The notes under the pieces: generated by a model
The model's database searches: none
What the model saw: the letters and a program-made list of their open reading frames with translations, nothing else
What the model was told of the DNA's origin: nothing
Shown here: positions 1 through 11,877 of the stretch, one piece after another
Position numbering within the stretch: position 1 is the stretch's first letter
How the letters are laid out: each line of letters opens with the position of its first letter
Assembly: GCA_964234715.1 (NCBI GenBank)
Contig: OZ174277.1
Source: Podarcis melisellensis
Taxonomy: Eukaryota
Reading direction: 5' to 3' (one strand)
Length of the DNA stretch: 64,000 nt
Program-made: the position numbers and the translations under genes

Positions 1-1472
1 GGGAAGCAACCAGCCTACAAGAACAGTTAAAAAAAATGCAGGAACAATTCCTTCAAAAGACAAGAGAAGAAAAAGAAAACCATCTGAAAATTCAAAGACT
101 GAAAGATGATTTAGCAGATAGCAATCACTTAGTGGAAAAGTTAAAACAGAAGGTTGAGGAGCTTTCTAGATGGAACAGTGAGACCAAAATAATGATGACT
201 GAAGTCCGGACTGATTCAGAGAAGATAATTCTTGAAAGACAAATTATTGACAGAAAAAATGATGAATTAAAAGCCCTGGCTGAAGGTTTCAAAGAGCAAC
301 TACGTATCACAAACGAACAACTGCACAAACAGATAATACTTGAGCAGGAGCACTTGGATCACATCAAGAGATTAGAAGATGAGCTAATAAAAGCAAAAGA
401 ATTAGCCGGTGAATTTAAGCAGAAATGTGACAGGGACAATGCTTATAACATGAATGCAGAGATGGAAATAAGAAACCTACGTACTCAGATGAGCACATTC
501 ACTATGGAAATGAAGATGAACGAGCAGAAGGTCCAGCAGCAGCAGTCCCATATCCATGAGCTCAATAGCAAGATGAAGAAGCTGCAAGATGACTTGCATC
601 AGAAGACCTTGGAGGAACAAATGGCACGCCAAAATGTGGCTTTACTTCAGGAAGAATCAATTGCGTTCAAGCATTCTGCAGAAGAGTTTAGGAAGAAATT
701 TGAAAAACTCTTGGAAACTCACAACATAGCGGAAAATGACATATCTGGTATCAGGATGGAATGCATCACCCTGCAGCAAGAAAACCACATGGCTCAAGAC
801 AACATTAGAATGTATAAACTTCAAATTGAAGACCTGCAAGACAGACTTCAGAAATCCCGTGAGCAGCTTCAGCAAGGCAAGCATGCAGAAATGGAGTATG
901 TGCAGAAATACCGCAAAATGGAAGAAGAGTTACAAATGCAGAGGCGGACAGTAGAGAACTTGAAGCACCAAATAGACCTGCAGAAAAGAGATCACGGCAA
1001 TCAGCTGCGTTGGTTTCAGAATGAGATCAACAAAAGGAACATCCAGTTAGACTTTGGGTGGAAGGGAAATGGCTTTAGTTACTTGGGAGACACCTCCCCA
1101 AGAGATTTTGAACATATTAACCTCTGTACGACCACATCTCCTTTATTAAGAAGGAGACACCTAAGTGGCTCAAGTTGCAAATCTGAACCGCTGGTTGCAC
1201 AGAAGTTGCAAACAGTTGCCACTGATTCATTGCAACGAGAGAAGCCGTTCCAGTTGTCCGGAGTAACCCACCAACTGGAAAATGGAATAAGTCAACAGTC
1301 CTATGCCGAATATGTTTCCCAGACAAGCACAGAGTTTGAGATAACGGTTGATAAGAGCAACCCTATCACAAGAATTTCAGAAATAGATAAATTGAGAGAC
1401 GGCAAACTCCTCAGTTCCAGGCTTGAAGAGAGTTATGAAGTGGGCTTAGGGAAGCGCCTGCATCCATTGGAG
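1..1472 (+). CDS. DST: Dystonin BPAG1e (BP230)-specific coiled-coil rod exon, 5'-truncated by the window edge
   Basis: Frame open from nt 3; heptad-rich E/Q/K/L sequence; YVSQTSTEFEITVD..NPITRISEIDKLRD resembles the BP230 rod end; phase-0 donor GAG|gtacat at 1472/1473. Confidence 0.9.
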
Positions 1473-2586
1473 GTACATGGCACATTTGATGGCGTTTGAT
1501 ATTGCTTGGGTGTTGTTGTTACAACTTTCTGTTCTCCTGTAATCTTCATTGCTTTTCTGTTCTATTTCTATGTTTTCATCTTATCTGATATCGAACACTT
1601 TCTTACATCTGGCACGCATCAATCCGCATTATAACCCCAAGACATTTGTGCAGATGCAGAAGTTGCTTGCATGTGTGGAAGCAAAAATTTCACTCACCAA
1701 CACCCACCAAAAGGTTCCCCATTTGTTTAAAAGAGGGGGCCCTACATACCGAAGAGCACACTTCTCTGCAAAATGGTGTTTGCCGGATAAAAGAGCAGGC
1801 AGAATGATGTGTCTTTACACCGTTCTCTGCCCACAGTTGTCCCCACACCCTATGATTTCAACAAGACATGAGGTGGAGGCAAAAAGTATACTTCTAACCT
1901 TAAAAGCTCCCCATCCAACTGCCGAATGATTTTTTTGTGGCCTACAGAAGTCCAAGATCTCTCTTAAGTATTGTACTGCACATACAACAGGCCTGGCTTC
2001 CTAGAATGAAGAAAGAAATTCACAAATCCAAGTTGTTCACATCCGCATTAGATTTTTTAAAGTGGTACTTGGACCAAAAAGGTGCAGTCTCTCATTTCGC
2101 CCAAAGGAGTGACCCTGTTCAGGGTTCTCTCAGCAGCTCCCTCCAAACTGGCCATTCCACTCTTCCCATGCTGTGTTTTGTTTTTCTTTTCCAGCTGCAC
2201 TCTGTATTCCATAGCTACTGAGCATGCTCTGAGCATTGTCTCCTTTGAGTGTTTGTTTGGTTTTGCCCCCTTAGGTTTTAATATATAGTGCTTCTGTGAA
2301 TCTTGGGGATTTCCTGCCTTCATTCACCACCTGAGTTTGCAATTAGAAGGGTGATGATATTGCTAAGAGATAGTTTCTCTTTTTACACTTTGCTGTCATT
2401 CCATCCCACTTTCCTTCTCAAACCAAATTCCATATTGCCAGGGTTAATAAAGTTTGCTGATTCTTAGTGTTTGCTGTTCATATTCTGCATCTCTCCCCCT
2501 CTCCCTGTTTATGGGCTAGATTAATAACTTGATGCTATTTTCTAAGTACAGTATCCTTCATTATGTCAAACAATTCCTATTTACAG

Positions 2587-4377
2587 AATCTCCAAAATGA
2601 AGATTTATCAAAGATCAGTGCCATCTTAGAGGAAAAGCAAGCCAAGGAGGTTGCTCTGATCCCCTCTGAATATGATAATATCAAATTTCAAGGTCTCCGG
2701 CATGATGTAACTGCCAAGCAGTTGATTGAAGTTAAACTTCTAGACCTGAGCACAGCTGAACAGCTTCATTCAGGAAAGAAGGCCATTGCTGAGGTTCAAA
2801 AAAATCTTGAGAATTTTTTGACTAAGCCTACTGCAATAGCTGGGTTGTATATTGAATCTAGTAAAGGGAAGGTCTCATTTGCTTCTGCAGCTAAGCAGAG
2901 AATAATTGAAAAAGCATCTGTGTTAGCACTGCTTGAAGCCCAGGCCGCCACTGGTTTTATCATTGACCCCACAGCAGGTCAGAAATACTCGGTTGATGAT
3001 TCAGTTGCCAAGGGACTTGTAGATCATGAATACAAAAGCAGGCTTCTCGAGGCAGAAAAGGCAGTTTTAGGATATCTATTTTCTGGGAAAAAGCTGTCTG
3101 TTTATCAAGCAATTGAAACCAGAATCCTTGAAAGGCAGAAAGGCAAAAGTTTTATTGAAGCTCAGATAGCAAGTGGAGGTATTATTGATCCTGTGAGAAG
3201 TGTCCGTGTGCGTCCTGAAGTTGCGGTCCAACTGGGCTTGCTGAACAACACCGTTCTGAAATTTATATATGAACATTCCAGTAATAAAAAAGTCTTCCAG
3301 AATCCAAATAATAGGCAAGCCATGTATTATAATGATTTGCTGAAGCTGTGTTTACTTGATATCGGAAGCAAATGCTTCCTGCTCCCTGTTGGGGAGAGAA
3401 AAATAACCACTCCGTCTGCAGAAAAAATTCATAAAATATCTGTGGTAGATATTACAACTGGAGCAGAAATGACCTCCTACGAGGCTTATAAAAAGTCCCT
3501 GATAGACAAAAGTACCTACCTCCAGCTGTCAGGGCAAGAATTTCAGTGGAAAGAATCTACATGCTTTGATCACCATGGAAATTCTTACCTTGTGCTGACA
3601 GATCTAAAAACTGGGATGCAGTTCAACATTGACGAGGCATTAACTGATGGCAAAGTTGATAGAATGCTGGTCAGTCAATACAAGGAAGGGCAAATCACAG
3701 CCAGCGAGCTTGCGGATGTTTTGTTGAGCAATTCTAAACCACGCACAGATGTCAACAGCCCCATTGCTGGTGTCTGGCTGCCCGAGACAAATGAGAGAAT
3801 GCCTCTTCTGAAAGCTGCTCGCAAAAACCTAGTGGAGAGAACCACGGCACTGAGGTGCCTTGAAGCACAAGCAAGTACGGGAGGTATAATTGATCCCTTT
3901 ACTGGGAAGAGATATAGTGTGGCAGAGGCCTTGCAAAGGGAGCTGATTGATGAGGCGTCTGCTAAGCACGTCCAGCAGTGTGAACTGGTCTTTACTGGGA
4001 TTATTCACCCTGTAACAAAGAGTGTTCTGTCAGCCGTTGAAGCAATGAACACAAATGTCCTAGAGAAAGAAATGGGCACTCGCTGCCTAGAGTATCAACA
4101 TCTGACTGGTGGATTGATAGATCCCAAGTCTCATTGCAGATTATCGATGGAAGAAGCTATTAAAAGGGGCATTATTGATGCCGTCACTGCTACAAAGATG
4201 AAAAATGACAAATTCTACTTAAAAGGTATTACGTGTCCCAAGACAAAGAAGAAATTGACGTATAAAGAAGCCCTTGATAATGCAGTTTTTGACTGCCACA
4301 CAGGGCTACGATTGCTAGAAGCAGCTGAGCTCATTTCCTCAGGAATTTCTAGTCTGTATTTTTCCTCACAGTCTTAA
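2587..4377 (+). CDS. DST: Dystonin BPAG1e terminal exon: two plakin-repeat (intermediate-filament binding) domains, stop TAA
   Basis: Acceptor ttacag|AAT in phase 0; KFQGLRH, LLEAQAATGFIIDP, CLEAQASTGGIIDP plectin repeats; C-terminus KLTYKEAL..FDCHTGLRLLE..SGISSLYFSS typical of BP230. Confidence 0.95.
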   Translation, partial: NLQNEDLSKISAILEEKQAKEVALIPSEYDNIKFQGLRHDVTAKQLIEVKLLDLSTAEQLHSGKKAIAEVQKNLENFLTKPTAIAGLYIESSKGKVSFASAAKQRIIEKASVLALLEAQAATGFIIDPTAGQKYSVDDSVAKGLVDHEYKSRLLEAEKAVLGYLFSGKKLSVYQAIETRILERQKGKSFIEAQIASGGIIDPVRSVRVRPEVAVQLGLLNNTVLKFIYEHSSNKKVFQNPNNRQAMYYNDLLKLCLLDIGSKCFLLPVGERKITTPSAEKIHKISVVDITTGAEMTSYEAYKKSLIDKSTYLQLSGQEFQWKESTCFDHHGNSYLVLTDLKTGMQFNIDEALTDGKVDRMLVSQYKEGQITASELADVLLSNSKPRTDVNSPIAGVWLPETNERMPLLKAARKNLVERTTALRCLEAQASTGGIIDPFTGKRYSVAEALQRELIDEASAKHVQQCELVFTGIIHPVTKSVLSAVEAMNTNVLEKEMGTRCLEYQHLTGGLIDPKSHCRLSMEEAIKRGIIDAVTATKMKNDKFYLKGITCPKTKKKLTYKEALDNAVFDCHTGLRLLEAAELISSGISSLYFSSQS

Positions 4378-5975
4378 TTTAACAATGGAAGTTATTAAAT
4401 TGGCCTGCAGTAATTTAAACCATCTGGCTCATGGAAATGATTCCCTATGATTTAATTGGGTTGTGAAATAGGGTTCCTGGCTGATTTCTAAGCAGAACAA
4501 AGCATTTTGAGTTTGCTTATGTATAGTTTTCAGCGTACAGTAGATTTAACGTTGCTCCATGCTTGTAATTATGATGCACAATTTGATAAGAGTTAAGCAC
4601 TTCTATGCCCCATTGATTTTGGTGGAACTTTAAGCTAATGCTTTAGTTCTCCTTGAAATCATTAGGACCTGAATGTACTTAAAACTATCCCTGAATTGAT
4701 CCTCTATGTTGTATAAATGGTAGTAGCAGCTTGCTAACTGGGATCATTGTGGTAGCAATGTGTTGCAGAGTTGTTGTTGTTTTTGCTATTCCAGCTGCTC
4801 TTGGGAAATTTTCAGAAGTGAAACAATATGCTCTGTTGCATTTATATCAGTGTATGATGCAATACTATCCTGCAAAATTAAAAAAAATCTAGAGTTGGAA
4901 GGGACCACAAGTGTCATCTAGTCGAACCCCCTGCAATGCAGGAATATTTTGCCCAACGTGGGGCTCAGACCCATGACCCTGAGGTTAAGAGTCTCATGCT
5001 CCACTGACTGCGCTATCTCCATTGATTCAGCCAAAGTTAAACAGGGAGCTAAGTATGGAAACCCTCCCATTGAAGTCAATGGCACTTGAATATTTGTGTA
5101 GAACCTAATATGCAATATCATAAATAGATTTGACAGGATACTTGTTTGCCGGTGCAAAGTTTACTGTGGTGTGGGTTCTGTCATAAAGACTGGATATTCT
5201 TCTAACGGCATGTTTACATGGAAGCAAGCCTCTCTGTGTTAGGTGGCGGTTACGCCTTTGTAACAGCACAGTGCACCCCATGTCTACTCAGAAGAAAGTC
5301 CTGCTGAATTTAATGGGTTGTAGTCCTTAAGTGGGGATAGTATTGCAGCCCAAGTTACATGGAGATAAGATTCTCAGTGACACTGGAAATTTCAGAGAAA
5401 ATGATAGACTTCTGTTACATGATTATTATTTTTCTGGTTTTCCTTCTACTACATGATTCTTTACATTAAAAAAAAAACCCATATTAAACTTAAACCTGAA
5501 ATCGGCAATAAAGTTGGCTACAAAATTAGTAATTTTCCTTCTCAGGAGAAACATGTAAGATGCTATGTTAATTGCACAGGATTGAAGTATGTTATTGAAT
5601 TTCATTGTCTTCTTCAACAACATAATAATCCAGAACTGGGTGTACATCTAATGCAAAGGCTGAGATTTAGAGTGTTTTTCCTGGCAAACCCTTGCTTAGA
5701 TTTGGCTTGTGCAGTGGTGGCTGGGAGGTTTCTGTAATGTGAGTTCCATCATCTATGTATATGAATGTGTTTATATGTATCATAATGGCTATCTTAGTTT
5801 TTTCAGATGTTTTGAATTAATTACTTCAATTACTTTTTTATTATTGTTTACCTTTTTTTAAAAAAAGCATGCATAAGAATGACTGTGGTAATGGGGATAA
5901 AAAAGAAAGAAAGTAGAAATAAAGCTCATTATCTGGCATCTTCCACAATAAAATTTTTGACGGTGTAACTGTTTT
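4378..5975 (+). other. DST: Probable BPAG1e 3'UTR
   Basis: Follows the stop codon; AATAAA at 5507, 5918 and 5947; 3' end inferred, not observed. Confidence 0.6.
4891..5017 (-). mobile_element. tRNA-Lys(CTT)-derived SINE with CR1-type 3' tail
   Basis: Minus strand reads atagcgcagtcagtggagcatgagactcttaacctcagggtcatgggtctgagccccacgttgggc (degenerate tRNA-Lys), then ttcctgcattgcagggggttcgactagatgac..ggtcccttccaactct (CR1 tail, as at 22160-22210). Confidence 0.8.
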
Positions 5976-5990
5976 TCGGGTTGGCTGTAA
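5918..5990 (+). terminator. Tandem polyadenylation signals with a downstream GU/U-rich element
   Basis: AATAAA 5918-5923 and 5947-5952, followed by ggtgtaactgtttttcgggttggctgt. Confidence 0.55.
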
Positions 5991-6054
5991 CCTTAATATA
6001 CCTACAATTTTAAATATATATATATATATATTTGCAATGCACATTGTTCATCAG

Positions 6055-6189
6055 AAGTCAGTGGAAGAGGAGAAGAAAGAACACGTCGAAAAAGCTGGGG
6101 ACTTACTGAAATGGGTTTCAAACATCACCAAGAGCCTCGGCAAAGGCGGAGGAGAAAAGTCTGAAAAAGCAGATTCTCCTAAGAAACAG
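6055..6189 (+). CDS. DST: Dystonin BPAG1a/b exon ([14 protein letters not shown]...KKQ)
   Basis: catcag|AAG ... CAG|gtatta, 135 nt, phase 0-0; resembles human [24 protein letters not shown]. Confidence 0.9.
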
Positions 6190-9100
6190 GTATTAAAACA
6201 CTGCTTGAGAATAGATGCTACCAGATGCATGACACAGTGTTGTTTTATCTTTAAAGTGCCAAATGTGGCACAAGAACATTTCATTGTATTCAGCTTATAT
6301 TTTACTCAAAGAAAACCCATTGAACTTCCTGGACCTAAGTTAGTCACGCCTATTGATATCAATGGGTCTGCTCTGAGTAGGGCTGGCATTGGATACAACC
6401 TTCACTTTAAAGTGCTTAAGAACAAATATAATTTACATACTAGCGTTTTTATTTAAATTCACCAGACTACATAACTAATACATGGGTGTTTTTTCCTGAA
6501 AGACTACATTCAAGACAAAAAGGAGAAACAGTGTTTGGACAATAATATTCCCTACTTATGACGGGAAATGATAATACCTTCATTCCTTTCCCACCAGGTG
6601 TTCCTGGCTAGTCCTTTGGGTGTTAATATGGAGGTGTAATTTTTTTATAAGTTACAGGAGTTGTCAACCTTTGAGGCCCATTCAGAATTCATAGAGTGTG
6701 TACTATGGGCATGATCCATTTGTTTTTTTAATCTCTTCCAGGTCAGCACATGCTAACCCCCCCCAAAGTTCTTTTACATGGGTTCTAGGTAAAAGCTTGT
6801 CTGGTAGAATAGAAACAATCCTCCTGAATTTGCATGAGTTTACATGGGATGCTGCCCACAAAAACCTATCAGATTAAAGCTTACAGTAATAGGCTATATT
6901 AAAAATCACAAATCTGGCGTTTGCTAGTATCACAGAAATCTGGATCCAAAGCACTGCTCTTCATATATTTTCACAGTTTTTACAGAGGATCACAGCAAAA
7001 CTATCAGAGTAGACGAAGAGGTGGCACACGATTTAGTTATGGTTTTGCAGGGATCTCCTGCAGTCAACAGCCACAAAGCTGGCACCAGATCCATGATTTT
7101 CATGGTTTAGACAGTGGCAACAGATGTGACATGTGATTTGATGGTGGTTAGGTAGGAGAAAATAAAAAAACAGTTTGGAAAGGATCATTTCCCCCACTTC
7201 CTGACTCCTGTAGCCTCCCCATTTTCTCCCACTGGCCACTCCCATTTTCTTCCTTTCAGTCATCCCCATTTCCCACCTAACCAGGTGCTGAATTGAACCT
7301 GTAGAACTAACAGAGGAAATGGGAAAGAGAATGACTCTTCTTGTTTCCTCCTTCAACTCCATTGATGTTTCAAGAGGGAACCTCATGATGAAGGGGGCAG
7401 TGAGACAGGGTGTGTATCAAATTCTTCATGGGCACAAGGGGGCATTCTCAAGGCCACCACTACCTTGGAAACTCCAGGGACCTCATAAAACCCAATGATT
7501 ATAGGCCCAAATCACATTGCTTTCCCCAATTTATTAGGGAGTATCAATCACACAATTTAAGTTTATTATATTTTACGCTACACACACACACCCCATTTCC
7601 AAATGTTACACTGTATTCAAATAAGAGGTGGGGGGGGATATTGGAGGCTGAGTAGAACCTGAAATCTCACATCTGCCAAGCGTGTAAGAGTTAACCTCCG
7701 AACCAAACCCTTGAAATCTGCAGTCAGTCCTGTACCAGCAAGTAATTTGAAGAACTTAAATGATACAATATTTTACTGGTCCCATTGCATGATGCCGAGA
7801 AACTCTTCAGTCTTTCATACTTGTGCCTAATATAACTGGACATGCATGTGTCCACATGCATATTAAACACATGGAGAAAATGCTACACATGACATTACTC
7901 AGCGTAGTTTGTCCTTGAGTGCAAGCTGCTGCTTCCAAAAAATGCCAGGACAATCGGTGGGCAATCTAGATCTGGAACCCTGGCTGTGGGTGGAGTTTAA
8001 CCTGTTGCCCCTCCTATGTTCCTGATCTTGGGGGACCCCCAGTATGTGGAATTTGCATTGGAGGAAAAGATCTCCCATTGTTACGGACAGATGTTCCCCC
8101 ACTCTGCAAATTGCAGACACATGGTGAGATCCAAATCATGGTCCCAGCATGAGGCAAAAGGTTAAATACTGCTCCTCCCCCCCATCCATCTCACCACGGT
8201 CCCATTCTGAATTGGGCTTCCTGTCCTGGCAATTTGTGAAAGAAAAAGCTTGCAGACAAGTACAAACTGCCTGGTAAATTGACACGTATCTTTTGGTGCA
8301 TTTAATTGTATGATTTCCAGAGAAAATTAGCACCAAATAACGAAACACTTTTATATTTTCATTAGAAAAGCCCTTGCTTGCAGTTTTTTATAGATACAAA
8401 AAAGCCACTTACTGAAATCCGCCTCATCGTCATAACGTACAGTGACTAAGAAGCAGTTTTAAACCCCAGGGTTTGCATTCCCTCTTCACCATGAGGTTAA
8501 AATGGGCCACCTGTATCACACGGCAATCTTTTTCTTTCTGTCTAGTTCCTGTAAATTGTGGCTTACCCAGTATGCTAAATAGCATTTGTAAGGGGGCTAT
8601 CTTGATTATCTGTATCCATCGTAGTATAGAGTAGCTCCAAGGTGCAGAGATTGTGTGCACCAGCAGAACATTTTCACGTGACTTCTGTGAGCAATTATTG
8701 GGTGGTGCTCACAATGAGTAAGACTTCTTCCGGTACTCAGAACAATTTTGGAACTATTACAACAAGGTGATGCATTTTAGTTTAGTATATCAAAGCATGG
8801 TTCCATGCCCTGTATCCATATACTATGTACCCCATGTAGCACTTTCAAAAAAGAAATCTGAAATAGACTAGACCAGAATTAATCTGATTAGATTCACTTC
8901 TGTCAGTTCTATGGGATAAGAGAAAGCAGGGATACACTTAAGAATTGGGAACCCTCATGGTTGAAAAGGTGTGTGTGTGTATAAGGCTCATCCACATTTT
9001 CAGCTCTGGTTAGAGTTGGCAATCTATAACTTTTATCCTTGATTTATGGAGAGTTGCATTTAATATTGTTTGAGAACTCCTGGTTTGGAAATACTTGAGA

Positions 9101-10085
9101 ATAAAAGATCAGTATCCTGGGTAACTATACCATTCACACAAAATCCACAAAGGAAGTTAAGTGAAGTAGTTGATTTAACTTATTAAAATACTGAAAACGA
9201 TAGCTTTGAAATTGCATAGACCTCTTTGGTTGCAAGACATCCTGGGAGGGAGTAATGTCAGAGTATTTGACTTCACACATCAAGGCTGTTCTTAATCTAG
9301 TAGTTGATTATTTACAAACTGTCTAAAACAACGTGGGGAGCATTTGGTCCTCCATATGTTCCTGAAATACAACCTCCAGTATCCCTGGCCATTAGCCATT
9401 CCTACTGGAGCTGATGGGAGTTGTAGTGCAGCAACATCTCGTTGGAAGCAAAGACCAGAACAGTTTAGACAAAAGTTTTGAAGAAGGTCACCTAACAAAT
9501 GTTTTTAATAGTGGGTGTCCGTATTTATACCTGAAATTAATTATGGTTCTCGTGTTCCCAGTAATCTATAAACACAACCTTAGTGTTTCATAACCAAGCA
9601 TGTATTTATGGCTCATTAATAAGGGACAAGTTGGCTAAAAATGGATTTGCAATATAGGCTATTGCTGTTATTAAAGATACATTGGGTTGTACCTGATGCT
9701 GCTGTCACACATGCTCAAAAGACTTCCCTTCGTACAATAGGCTATTTTGTGTTTTTATCTTGTATTTTCATACTGTGAACTGCCCGGATATCTGTGGATG
9801 AAGGGTGGTATACAAAAGAATAGTCTTGCCACCCCCTCTCCCCTGCAACTCCCTGTGCACCCACAAAATCTGTTTCAGAGGGTTGGGGGACCATGCAAGG
9901 TGAGGAAGGGGAAGTCTCCTTGCACAAGCAGAACACTGTTCATACATCTCTGGATACCACCCATTATGCCCTTGATAATGTTCCTGAAATGCTCACTCCT
10001 TTCTCACCTTTTTGCTTTACCCCCGCCCCCTTTTTAAATTTATTTCTAGAATGGAGTTGTGAACATATTTTCCTCCTTTTTTCAG

Positions 10086-10174
10086 ATATCTTCTGACGAA
10101 TTGTTAACCAAGAAAGAACAGATATCAGAAGCTTTGCAAACAACGCAGACGTTTTTAGCAAAACATGGTGATAA
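10086..10174 (+). CDS. DST: Dystonin exon ([29 protein letters not shown])
   Basis: ttttcag|ATA ... AA|gtaggt, 89 nt, phase 0-2. Confidence 0.9.
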
Positions 10175-10648
10175 GTAGGTTCATTGTGATTATTGCACTT
10201 TAAAATTAGTCGTGCCCTTTCAGAATTTGTGTTGAGGACGAGTTTCAGCCATTTCTTATATAAAATCAGTGTGCAGGCAGCAGATATCCTCTAGTTTCAG
10301 GAGTTCTTATATGAAATCTGAAACAATGGGGTGTGGGTAGGTACTGCCCCTTCTACCTTATAAATGGCACCTTACTTAATTGAACTAAAGCAGTTTGCAT
10401 TAATTAATGGTGGTACTAATAATTGCACTGCTTGTTACCAGTGTATCCCTGGGAATAACTGCCCATATGACCCGCCACCACTGCCAAGTTATCAGCTTAC
10501 AAAGCAAACCTTGTCTCCAGGTCTGCTGGAACATGTCCTCATAGCATGATGTTGAATTCCACCCTGTATGTTTATTTCTTGAGAGAACAACTAATGTTTA
10601 GAAATTGCTAGCACTTCCATTCACATCTTCTATTCCCCCTCCCAAAAG

Positions 10649-10784
10649 AATGACAGATGAAGAGAAAAATGAAATGGAAAACCACGTGAGGTCCCTGCAA
10701 GAAGGTTATAAACTGTTGTCCAATGAAGATTTGAAGCAGTTGCAGCAGGAACAAGATGCAGATAATGAAAATGTGGATGAAAAG
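10649..10784 (+). CDS. DST: Dystonin exon (KMTDEEKNEMENHV...VDEK)
   Basis: aaaag|A ATG ... AAG|gtagtc, 136 nt, phase 2-0. Confidence 0.9.
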
Positions 10785-11877
10785 GTAGTCAACAGTTTGA
10801 GTTATGTTGCTGGCTGTAGTATATATGCTTTTCTGAATCTGATCCATTGCATGGTTTTGGAATTCTGTATGAATACTAAAAACAAAAACCTGCACCGAAT
10901 TGTGTGTATCACACAAACAAAATCAGAACTAAATGAATGACAGCTTTCGATCGGTTTGTGGAATTAGAATTATAGCTGAGTGTCTATAAATGGACAAGTG
11001 GAAAGTTGTATATGAACAGGCTTTTATACCTTGTGTCTTGCATGAACTAAGAGCATAGAATCATACATCACTTAACCCTTCTTTTTAAAAGCCATACTTT
11101 GAATTCTGACAAACGTCTGTACTTCAGAAACATGACACCACGTGGAAGTTCCATAGCCTCTCTACTCTTCTATATGCTCTCTGATAAGTATTTCAGGAAG
11201 TATGCCATTAAATTTCAACTGGGTACATCGTTTGGAGTTTATAGTCACATTAACTATGAGATAATACTTTAAGATCTATTACATTTGACACTGCCTTTGG
11301 AAGGCATTACAAAATGCCTGAGAGTATATGCAAAGGAAGACTATTCTGCACATACTTCTTAAATGTTGTTCCTAATGGATGACTTTTAATACAACACAGT
11401 TGCAGTGCATTTAAGTAGCTACAATACTTGATCCTTATGTGTTTGGGTGTCTATGTAAAAGTGCTGTATGCTGTAAACATGAATAGCATGTGTGTTTTTG
11501 TACCACATACTGTTTCCTCAATATATGCTAACTTCTCACAAAGCACATAGATAGCATGACAGTTTGCCTTTCAGGTACGTGTCTTTTTTGCTCACTATGC
11601 AATCATCTACTATTTTATCTTCCACTAACCCTCTTGGTGTATGCAGAGCATAGGCTTTTGGTGTACCGATGCATGTTGTGTTTCAATCTTTTATCACACC
11701 GTGTGCTGTTGAATCACTGACATCACTTCTGCATTGAACTGCTAACATTCACAGTTTGGGTGGAACTCTGGTAAGTAAGTGACTTTATATTGTACATATA
11801 TCATATTAAAATTCAAAGTATTAATCATTTACCATTCATAAAATGCTGACAATTCATATTTTTATACTCACTTTTAG

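Noticed and set aside
1549-2323. Several 68-126 aa ORFs in the BPAG1e intron
   Set aside because: No recognisable domains; non-ATG starts; no consistent splice signals apart from the weak 60-nt candidate.
4951-5017. tRNA-Lys gene
   Set aside because: Degenerate A/B boxes and acceptor stem, fused to a CR1 tail: a SINE, not a functional tRNA.
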